From the NCBI GenBank assembly GCA_964583795.1, contig CAZOWX010000001.1:30569-94568 (forward strand): a stretch of 64,000 nucleotides of DNA, in the 5' to 3' direction. This DNA comes from an uncultured Pseudomonadales bacterium. GTDB lineage: Bacteria; Patescibacteriota; Microgenomatia; UBA1400; PJMF01. The position numbers and the translations under genes were made by a program. Below the pieces are notes generated by a model that did not search any database, was not told the DNA's origin, and saw only the letters and a program-made list of their open reading frames with translations. This document shows, piece by piece, positions 57,174-64,000 of the stretch; position 1 is the stretch's first letter; each line of letters begins with the position of its first letter.

Positions 57174-59216
57174 ATGGTAGAAGACACAATTATCCTTCCC
57201 AATCAAGAAATCGCACAAACTGATCGCAAGAAGAAAAACCCAATGCATCATCTAAGCAAACTGTTTACTCCCAGTAAAAAACATTCCTCAAAAGAGGAAC
57301 TTATTCAACCACAGCTTTCTAAAAAAAAGAAAGGTCTGCGAACGTGGCATAAAGTCGTGGTTGCCATCGTATTGGTACTCGTCCTGGTTGGATCAGCAGT
57401 TGGTGCCGTTGGATACTACACACTTGGCATAGTCAAAAACTTGCAAGCGCAAGCCAATGAACTAAAAGTTGCTATTGGTGGAGTAAAAGATCAACTAAAG
57501 TCACAAAATCTGCCCGGAGCGAAGGCTGCTTTTAGCGATGTCCAGACAAAGCTTGATCGAATGAAAGTTGAGTATCAGCGCCTGTCATTTCTCTCGTCAC
57601 TTCCCATCGCTAACAATTACTATCAAGATGGCTTGCATGGGTTTAAGGCTGCTGAAGCTGGAGTCAGAGCCGGAGTAAAAACAATTGATGCCATAGTCCC
57701 GTACGCTGATGTATTGGGATTTGCTGGTGAAGGGACCTTCACTGGTGGCAGTGCAGAGAATCGCATTAAACTCTTATTAGATACACTCGGAAAAGTATCT
57801 CCTATTCTTGATGATATTAAAGGAGAACTGACTGCTGCTGAAACCGAGCTTAAAGCAATCAATCCAGATCGTTATCCCGACAAGATTCAAGGCATTGAAG
57901 TTCGTGGCAGCTTAGTTATGGGACAGCAAGTCATTCAAGATGTTGTTGATGGCATTGATGAGTTTCGTCCGGCGATAGAGGTACTACCACAAATTGCCGG
58001 AGCAGACGGAAAACGCAAAAAATACTTAGTAATCTTTCAAAATGACAACGAGTTGCGCCCAACCGGTGGGTTTATGACTGGATATGCTGCACTGTTCGTC
58101 GAGGATGGGAAAGTCACTCCAGAAAAAAGTGACGATATCTATGAGCTGGATAAAAAGTTTAACTCAAAAACTCCGATTCCAGCCATCTTGGGAAGATACC
58201 TAACGACTGAGAAAAAGTTTAATTTACGCGATATGAACATTTCGCCTGACTTTAAACTCTCGATGGACACATTTTACTCAAACTATAAAGAAATTAAAAG
58301 TGAACCGCAAAATATTGATGGAATCATCGCCGTTGATAGTGAGTTTCTATCTTCATTAGTAAAGGTACTTGGACCCATTGATGTTGCTGGATACGGCACA
58401 TTTAGTGCAGAAACTGATAAGCGCTGTGATTGTCCACAGATTATTTACTCACTTTCAGAGATTGTTGATCGGCCAACACCCTATATTCGACAAGACCGAA
58501 AGGGAATCTTAGCACCGATGATGCAGGCCATTTTGCACAAAGCCTACTCCTCTCCTAAAGAGGTTTGGCCCCAACTTTTCACACTCGCAAAGGAAGATAT
58601 TGAGCAAAAACACGTACAAATGTACTTCTTTGATGAAGAGTATCAAAAAGCAGCCGAGGCAGTAAATGTTGCTGGTCGGATGAATCCGGTCAAGGATAGT
58701 CATGATTACATGGCTGTTGTTGACTCAAATTTAGGCGGGGCTAAGTCAAATTTGTTTGTCACCCAAGAAGTAGAAGTGAAAGTTTCACCGGTACAAAACG
58801 GGATGATTACCAAAACAGTGACATTAAAATACAAAAATCCATTTCCTGGATCAAACTGTAACTTGGAAGCCGGACAACTCTGTCTGAATGCCCAGTTGAA
58901 AGATTGGGTGCGATTGTACATGCCACTCGGGTCAAAAATTGTTGAAACCAACGGTTTTGACGATGGGACTCAAAGTGAAGCAGTTGAAGAAGATCTCCCT
59001 GATTATCAGGTTGTTCAAGGCGTTTTTCGTCTCTCGCCACAATCAAACTCTTCTGTTCAAATCACGTACACAGTGCCGTATACAGATGAAAAAGTCTATC
59101 GCGCACAGTTGCGCAAACAAGGTGGGACTGGAAACGTGAAATATCTCTTTGATATCAATGGGAATCAAGAAGAAGTTATTTTAGACAAGGACAAAACAGT
59201 TGAAATTCCATTTTAG
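57174..59216 (+). CDS. Large membrane-anchored, predicted extracytoplasmic protein (DUF4012-like, tentative), unknown function
   Basis: A single N-terminal TM helix (VVVAIVLVLVLVGSAVGAVGYY) is followed by a ~600-aa soluble region containing NDNELRPTGGFMTGYAALF. It sits immediately after the priming transferase. Confidence 0.45.
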   Translation: MVEDTIILPNQEIAQTDRKKKNPMHHLSKLFTPSKKHSSKEELIQPQLSKKKKGLRTWHKVVVAIVLVLVLVGSAVGAVGYYTLGIVKNLQAQANELKVAIGGVKDQLKSQNLPGAKAAFSDVQTKLDRMKVEYQRLSFLSSLPIANNYYQDGLHGFKAAEAGVRAGVKTIDAIVPYADVLGFAGEGTFTGGSAENRIKLLLDTLGKVSPILDDIKGELTAAETELKAINPDRYPDKIQGIEVRGSLVMGQQVIQDVVDGIDEFRPAIEVLPQIAGADGKRKKYLVIFQNDNELRPTGGFMTGYAALFVEDGKVTPEKSDDIYELDKKFNSKTPIPAILGRYLTTEKKFNLRDMNISPDFKLSMDTFYSNYKEIKSEPQNIDGIIAVDSEFLSSLVKVLGPIDVAGYGTFSAETDKRCDCPQIIYSLSEIVDRPTPYIRQDRKGILAPMMQAILHKAYSSPKEVWPQLFTLAKEDIEQKHVQMYFFDEEYQKAAEAVNVAGRMNPVKDSHDYMAVVDSNLGGAKSNLFVTQEVEVKVSPVQNGMITKTVTLKYKNPFPGSNCNLEAGQLCLNAQLKDWVRLYMPLGSKIVETNGFDDGTQSEAVEEDLPDYQVVQGVFRLSPQSNSSVQITYTVPYTDEKVYRAQLRKQGGTGNVKYLFDINGNQEEVILDKDKTVEIPF

Positions 59217-59233
59217 AGACAAAGAGACTGCAC

Positions 59234-59773
59234 ATGAAATCGTATCCTTCAATTCACACACATGCAGTTGTTCTGAAACGGTCAAATGTTGGTGAAACAG
59301 ATCGGGTAATCACCTTATTTACTCAAAAGCACGGCAAGATTGTTTCGATTGCCAAAGGCTGTCGGAACTTACATTCATCTCGGCTCAGCACGCTAGAACC
59401 AGGAAATTTGGTTGATGTGTACTTTCTTCCAACAAAGGGTTTACCCATTCTCACTCAGACACAACTCATTAACGATTTTGTGCAAACGAAAAAGTCACTT
59501 AAAAAAATGAAACAATTGCTACAGGTTCTGGAAATCGTTGATGCACTTTCTGTCGAAGACGAAAATACTCCAGTTTTTGTTCGGCTCACCAAAATTTTAG
59601 AAGCACTCAATTCTTTTCCCATTTTTCGAGCGATTCGATCGGAGCTTTCAGCTCTGATTGAGGAGTTTGGCTTTCAACCCCTTGCTGAGACTCAATACCA
59701 AACCATTAGTGAGTATGTTGCAACACTGAGTGATAAAAACCTCAAAAGTTTTGAGTTTTTGACAATCAAGTAA
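59234..59773 (+). CDS. recO: DNA repair protein RecO (short form, 179 aa)
   Basis: The N-terminal OB-fold region VVLKRSNVGETDRVITLFTQKHGKIVSIAKG matches the RecO N-domain. It is shorter than typical RecO (~240–260 aa). Confidence 0.65.
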   Translation: MKSYPSIHTHAVVLKRSNVGETDRVITLFTQKHGKIVSIAKGCRNLHSSRLSTLEPGNLVDVYFLPTKGLPILTQTQLINDFVQTKKSLKKMKQLLQVLEIVDALSVEDENTPVFVRLTKILEALNSFPIFRAIRSELSALIEEFGFQPLAETQYQTISEYVATLSDKNLKSFEFLTIK

Positions 59774-59788
59774 TAAGTATGATACAAT
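59759..59788 (+). promoter_or_regulatory. Sigma70-type promoter of the glyQS leader: TTGACA -35, 18-nt spacer, extended -10 TGaTACAAT
   Basis: TTGACA 59759–64, TG 59780–81, TACAAT 59783–88. It overlaps the last codons of recO. Confidence 0.6.
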
Positions 59789-59794
59789 TTTTCT

Positions 59795-59958
59795 AGTATT
59801 TACCCTTTGGCAAGGATTTTCACAAATACTGATAACAATAAAGTGGTCAAGTTCACTGGGACATCATGACTTGACAAGTAGGGTGGAACCGCGATTCCGT
59901 TATTTGAGGAACCGTCCCTATGCAGTAGTATCTATACTGTGTAGAGACGGTTTTTTTG
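59795..59958 (+). ncRNA. T-box riboswitch leader (glycine-specific) with antiterminator/terminator
   Basis: The T-box motif AGGGTGGAACCGCG lies at 59880–93. A candidate Stem I with GGC-A lies at 59809–12. The antiterminator is taggg…cccta. A mutually exclusive 17-bp terminator stem (59911–51) is followed by T7. Confidence 0.65.
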
Positions 59959-60132
59959 CGTTTTCAACTAAAATACAGTAGCAAACGCAACTCGCCATAG
60001 CTTTACTGTGTCCTCTCGTAGTCCCGCAGTGCGGGACGAAGTGGGAGCGACGGCGGGTAAAGTTTAGGTAAATGCACAAGCCAATTTCTACACGTGCTCG
60101 CTTTTTCAAAAACAGCGAGAGAAAGGGCGTTT

Positions 60133-61527
60133 ATGACAGACACCACTGTCACCCTCGAACAAATTGTTTCTTTGACAAAACGCCGTGGTTTTGTGTTCAG
60201 AACATCAGAAATTTATGGCGGGCTAGCTAACTCTTATGACTATGGTCCTTTGGGAGCACAACTGATGCGCACCATTCGGAATTTATGGTGGCAAGAGCTG
60301 GTTGAGAAACGTGAAGATATGGTCGGCCTTGATTCACAAATTATCCTGCATCCACAAACTTGGGTTGCATCGGGACATGTGAGTTCATTTACTGACCCGC
60401 TGGTAGAAGACAAGGTTACCCACAAACGCTATCGAGCTGATCATTTAATAGAAGCCTGGGTTGAAAACCATCCGGACAGAGTAGAACCAGGTTTTGAAGT
60501 CGTGAATCTCAATCTTGATCAAATGGCTCAGTTCATCAACGATCAATCAATCAAAAGCCCGGATGGTAATGAGATCACTCCACCGCAGACGTTTAACTTA
60601 CTTTTTGAGACCTCAATTGGCTCAGTGAGTGGTGAAAAATCGAAAGTGTACTTACGCGGGGAAACCGCACAAGGAATTTTCTCTAACTTTAAACAAGTGC
60701 TCGATACGACTCGGGTGCAACTTCCGTTTGGGATTGGGCAAATTGGAAAAAGTTTCCGAAATGAAATTACCACAGGGCAATTTATCTTTCGCACGCTTGA
60801 GTTTGAGCAAGCTGAGATCGAGTACTTCTTTGATCCTGATTTGCTTCCTTGGGAACAAGCACTTGATCAATGGAAACAGATCATGTGGCAATTCGTCACT
60901 CAAACTCTCGGTGTGAAACCTGAGCACTTACGGTGGAGACAACATACCGATAAAGAGCGCAGTCACTACAGCAAGGACACGTACGATCTAGAGTACCTGT
61001 TCCCATTTGGGTGGAAAGAACTCTGGGGAGTTGCATATCGTACCAACTATGACTTGATGCAACATATCAAACGTTCAAAAGTTGCTCTTGAGTACACTGA
61101 TCCGTTTACTCAAAAAAAGTTGGTACCACACGTCATTGAACCCGCTTTGGGACTCAACAGGGTCTTTTTAATGGTGTTGTGTGATAGTTATTGGAAAGAT
61201 GAAACAAAAAATCGGACAGTGCTTCGCCTACAACCCAACATTGCTCGATATCAGGCAGCAGTCTTTCCATTGGTACGCAATAAACCAGAACTCGTTGATA
61301 AAGCCAAAACTGTGTATGAACAGTTGAAAAAACAGTTTAGAGTTGCTTGGGATGACCGTGGCAATATTGGAAAGCGCTATTTAAGCCAAGATGAAATAGG
61401 AACACCATGGTGCATCACAGTCGATTACCAAACTCTAACAGACGACACGGTCACTCTGCGCAATCGCGATACAGCGAATCAGCTTCGAGTTGCAGTGATT
61501 GATCTGGAGAAACAGTTGCAGTCATAG
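60133..61527 (+). CDS. glyQS: Glycine--tRNA ligase, homodimeric α2 type
   Basis: FVFRTSEIYGGLANSYDYGPLG carries class II aaRS motifs. Length 464 aa. An AAAGGG RBS sits 5 nt upstream. Confidence 0.9.
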   Translation: MTDTTVTLEQIVSLTKRRGFVFRTSEIYGGLANSYDYGPLGAQLMRTIRNLWWQELVEKREDMVGLDSQIILHPQTWVASGHVSSFTDPLVEDKVTHKRYRADHLIEAWVENHPDRVEPGFEVVNLNLDQMAQFINDQSIKSPDGNEITPPQTFNLLFETSIGSVSGEKSKVYLRGETAQGIFSNFKQVLDTTRVQLPFGIGQIGKSFRNEITTGQFIFRTLEFEQAEIEYFFDPDLLPWEQALDQWKQIMWQFVTQTLGVKPEHLRWRQHTDKERSHYSKDTYDLEYLFPFGWKELWGVAYRTNYDLMQHIKRSKVALEYTDPFTQKKLVPHVIEPALGLNRVFLMVLCDSYWKDETKNRTVLRLQPNIARYQAAVFPLVRNKPELVDKAKTVYEQLKKQFRVAWDDRGNIGKRYLSQDEIGTPWCITVDYQTLTDDTVTLRNRDTANQLRVAVIDLEKQLQS

Positions 61528-61652
61528 ACTATAGAAAAGGGAGTGTTTATTTTCTCCACAACACTCCCTTTTCTTGTTTTTGAGGGAAAAACTCTGATCA
61601 TTGGATGAATCGTTCAATTTCAACCTTGCAACATCATCAACTTCTTTAGATA

Positions 61653-62456
61653 ATGGCACTTATGAAAAAACTCGGACTGCTCCTCATACTGCTGTTGGCT
61701 ATTACTCTTGGTGGATGTAAAAAGAAGACAACAGATGCTGCCCCGACACCAACACCAGCAAAGAAGAAAATCAGTAAACCAGTAAATCAGATTTCGTATG
61801 AAGAGCGTCCATACGTAGTAATGGTGCCCACACTCAATCGAGAAGTCGATGTCATTATTAAAACACTTCCAAAAGCTGCTGACGGAGTCGATTATTTGTC
61901 AGAGTACCAACATGAAACATCTTTGGGAGGCAACGAGCAGTTCATCGATCTGAAAAAAGGCCTACCTGCGACAAAGCAGTTCTCGTTGTATTCCAGAAGT
62001 GCTGGTGGAAAAACTAGCTACGAGGAAGATGTGAGAGGAGGCACTCTTACTCTGAATTTTACTGGACAAAATGAGTACACCCTCAAACAAGATTGGGCCT
62101 ACTATGATCGAGTAAACGCGAAAAGCTCAACCAAGACGAAGGCTTTACGATCACAAGATGGTCATTTTGAAATCAGTATCGATCCTTCAAATAAAATTAG
62201 TTACGTCATCATTTACAACTCACCCGGGAGCCCAATGCCCATGAATGGTAAACGATTATCAGAAGTGTATACAGTTGCCACCTCCAATGCTGTCACTAAA
62301 AAAGTCGATATCACTATTGAACTACCTGAGCAGGGAACTGGTAAGCTCTATGGTTGGGATGGTAAAGCGTGGACGCAGCTTGAATCTTCTGTCAGTGGCA
62401 ATGCTGTCAAGGGCACACAAGTTCCTTTCCTGGAAGCATATGTTGTAGCTCAGTAA
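61653..62456 (+). CDS. Lipoprotein, unknown function
   Basis: The signal peptide LLLILLLAITLGGC has the lipobox LGGC. A Lys/Pro/Thr-rich linker is followed by a β-rich domain. Confidence 0.5.
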   Translation: MALMKKLGLLLILLLAITLGGCKKKTTDAAPTPTPAKKKISKPVNQISYEERPYVVMVPTLNREVDVIIKTLPKAADGVDYLSEYQHETSLGGNEQFIDLKKGLPATKQFSLYSRSAGGKTSYEEDVRGGTLTLNFTGQNEYTLKQDWAYYDRVNAKSSTKTKALRSQDGHFEISIDPSNKISYVIIYNSPGSPMPMNGKRLSEVYTVATSNAVTKKVDITIELPEQGTGKLYGWDGKAWTQLESSVSGNAVKGTQVPFLEAYVVAQ

Positions 62457-62482
62457 TCAGCTACAGTTCATTTGACACAGTA

Positions 62483-62510
62483 AGAGACCGTAAAACGGTC
62501 TCTTTTTTTT
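62483..62510 (+). terminator. Rho-independent terminator (AGAGACCG/CGGTCTCT stem, loop TAAAA, T8)
   Basis: Read directly, 26 nt after the lipoprotein stop. Confidence 0.8.
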
Positions 62511-62541
62511 ACCTGTTGCATCCTCATAATTACGTTCAAAA

Positions 62542-62566
62542 ACCCGATGTGTTTCGGGTCTTTTTC
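62542..62566 (+). terminator. Second, weaker terminator-like hairpin (ACCCGA/TCGGGT, T5)
   Basis: Tandem to the first. It may act as a back-up terminator. Confidence 0.45.
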
Positions 62567-62633
62567 CTATTCTCAGTCGAGAAAAACATCGTACAATGAT
62601 TAGAGTGGTAAAAAGTGGTAAATAATCTCATAA
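62565..62633 (+). promoter_or_regulatory. mraZ promoter region with two MraZ-box-like direct repeats (AGTGGTAAA ×2, 10-bp period)
   Basis: TTCTCA is followed by a 16-nt spacer and TACAAT (62592–97). The repeats lie at 62604–12 and 62614–22, between the -10 and the mraZ ATG (62635). Confidence 0.55.
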
Positions 62634-62634
62634 T

Positions 62635-63075
62635 ATGTTTATCGGAAAATATTACCATCAACTTGAAGAGAAAGGACGAGTTTCATTACCCAAAAAGTTT
62701 CGAAAGAACGAACAGTTGATCATTACTAGAGGACTTGATGGCGGTTTGTTTTTATATCCTCAGAATGAGTGGATAAAAACAGTAGAACTATTATCCAAAC
62801 AACCGGATACCAAGCAAAAAAACCGTGACTATCTTCGCTTGATGACCAATGATGCTCAAGAAGTAGAAACAGATACTCTCGGAAGAATCACTATTCCAGA
62901 GTATTTACGACAATTTGCCAAGCTGACCAAGCAACTGGTGATTATCGGAAGCTACTCAAAAATAGAGATTTGGGACATGAAAACGTATCACGACTACCTG
63001 GATCGAATTGAAGGAAAAATGGAAGAAATAGCAGAAAGTTTAGATATAACGCCAGCCCAAGAAAGTCATTTGTGA
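62635..63075 (+). CDS. mraZ: Division/cell-wall cluster transcriptional regulator MraZ
   Basis: Duplicated SpoVT-AbrB/MraZ halves. The N-terminus is MFIGKYYHQLEEKGRVSLPKKFR. GRITIPEYLRQFAKL is the second half. Confidence 0.9.
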   Translation: MFIGKYYHQLEEKGRVSLPKKFRKNEQLIITRGLDGGLFLYPQNEWIKTVELLSKQPDTKQKNRDYLRLMTNDAQEVETDTLGRITIPEYLRQFAKLTKQLVIIGSYSKIEIWDMKTYHDYLDRIEGKMEEIAESLDITPAQESHL

Positions 63076-63968
63076 AACACACAGCACTACACCAACCAGT
63101 CATGGTTGAAGAAGTCATAGAACATTTACAAATTAAAAAAAATCACTGGTACATCGATGCCACATTTGGTAGGGGTGGCCATACAAGAAAAATTTTAGAA
63201 CACGGTGGATGCGTTATCGCGTTTGATCATGATCAAGACGCAACAGAGTTTGCACAGGATGAGTTTCAGGGAGCAATTGACCAAAAGGAACTTATCATTG
63301 TCAATGAAAACTTTAACAAATTAACAAAAAGTATTAGTGAAAGGAAACTTACTCACCCAATTTCAGCCATTCTTTTCGATTTTGGGACATCTGTAGATCA
63401 ACTCAAGGACATCAATCGCGGCTTTTCATTTGAACATGATACGAAGCTGGATATGCGCATGGATAAACGACTTGGAATACAAGCAAAAGATTTACTTGCA
63501 ATACTGAGTGAAAAACAGTTAGAAGATTTGTTTCGCATCGACGGGGGAGAAGAAGAAGCCAGAGCCATAGCAAAGGCAATAGTACGGCAAAGAGAGCACT
63601 CACCGATCGAAACGACAGTACAACTTCGCGAGTTGATTGCAGCGAAAAAAAATCAAAAACGAACACATTTGAACCCAGCCACAAAAGTGTTCCAAGCCTT
63701 GCGAATTGCAGTCAACAGTGAGATGGAAAATATTGCCGAAGTACTACCTCAAGCACTTGATATGCTCGAACCAAATGGCCGGATCATCACCATCAGCTTC
63801 CACGAAGGTGAAGATCGAATCGTAAAAAATCAATTTAAAGAGTGGGAGCACCACAATAAAGGACAGCAGCTCACAAAAAAGCCACTACAACCAACAGAGG
63901 AAGAAATACATAAAAATCCAAGATCTCGAAGTGCAAAACTCAGAGTCTTCATCAAAAGCAACCTATGA
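63072..63968 (+). CDS. rsmH: 16S rRNA (cytosine1402-N4)-methyltransferase RsmH (MraW)
   Basis: HQPVMVEEVIEHL…YIDATFGRGGHTRKILE is the RsmH SAM-binding N-terminus. GTGA start–stop overlap with mraZ. Confidence 0.9.
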   Translation: MKHTALHQPVMVEEVIEHLQIKKNHWYIDATFGRGGHTRKILEHGGCVIAFDHDQDATEFAQDEFQGAIDQKELIIVNENFNKLTKSISERKLTHPISAILFDFGTSVDQLKDINRGFSFEHDTKLDMRMDKRLGIQAKDLLAILSEKQLEDLFRIDGGEEEARAIAKAIVRQREHSPIETTVQLRELIAAKKNQKRTHLNPATKVFQALRIAVNSEMENIAEVLPQALDMLEPNGRIITISFHEGEDRIVKNQFKEWEHHNKGQQLTKKPLQPTEEEIHKNPRSRSAKLRVFIKSNL

Positions 63969-64000
63969 ACATCATCACATGTACCACCATACAAGCAAAA

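Noticed and set aside
57159-57192. TTGACA at 57164–69 upstream of the DUF4012-like gene, considered as a -35 promoter element.
   Set aside because: The hexamer overlaps the likely start region (TTG 57165 / ATG 57174). No suitably spaced -10 precedes the ATG, so the promoter assignment is not supportable.
60021-60037. GC-rich perfect hairpin GTCCCGCAGTGCGGGAC, considered as a tRNA fragment or terminator.
   Set aside because: It has no T-run, no tRNA T-loop (GTTCGAATC-like) and no acceptor-stem context. It is kept only as part of the unexplained leader.
59918-60109. 63-aa minus-strand ORF and a 53-aa plus-strand ORF (60072–) inside the glyQS leader.
   Set aside because: The region is better explained as a structured 5' leader (T-box, terminator, GC hairpin). 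The ORFs have no RBS or motifs, and one overlaps the glyQS start out of frame.
1-64000. Search for rRNA, tRNA, CRISPR, integrase/transposase or prophage genes.
   Set aside because: No tRNA-like T-loop/acceptor pairs were found, no repeat–spacer arrays, and no ORFs with recombinase, transposase or phage structural motifs. The window appears to be purely chromosomal glycan/housekeeping DNA.

Overview
The window is AT-rich (roughly 38–40% GC by eye) and almost entirely coding. It has short intergenic gaps and many ATGA/GTGA/TAATG start–stop overlaps, which fits a small, streamlined genome. Housekeeping genes are few: ruvC–ruvA–ruvB, greA, recO, α2-type glyQS, mraZ–rsmH and pgi. Everything else is one very large cell-surface glycan/glycosylation region. 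It holds at least eight paralogous GT-C (PMT_2/ArnT-like, GT39/GT83-type) polytopic membrane glycosyltransferases, four of them in a tandem array at 3.9–10.5 kb. It also holds about 15 GT2/GT4 glycosyltransferases, including GT4–GT2 and GT2–GT2 fusions, two Wzx-like flippases, a Wzy_C/O-antigen-ligase-like protein and a polyprenyl-phosphate sugar phosphotransferase. Sugar-nucleotide enzymes are a UDP-xylose-synthase-like enzyme, a GalE-like epimerase and GDP-mannose pyrophosphorylase. A hexapeptide acetyltransferase and a cobalamin-type radical SAM enzyme with a nearby flavodoxin complete it. By inference this gene content resembles Patescibacteria/CPR-like bacteria that invest heavily in protein/cell-envelope glycosylation. 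Other modules are an α-glucan/glycogen island on the minus strand (GH15, GH57, glycogen-synthase-like GT, BadF-type sugar kinase, PGI), an FMN-binding lipoprotein paired with an ApbE flavin transferase, a glycine T-box riboswitch leader upstream of glyQS, MraZ-box direct repeats upstream of mraZ, and several clean intrinsic terminators. No rRNA, tRNA, CRISPR array or obvious mobile element was seen. All family assignments rest on motif recognition in the translated ORFs; no searches were run.
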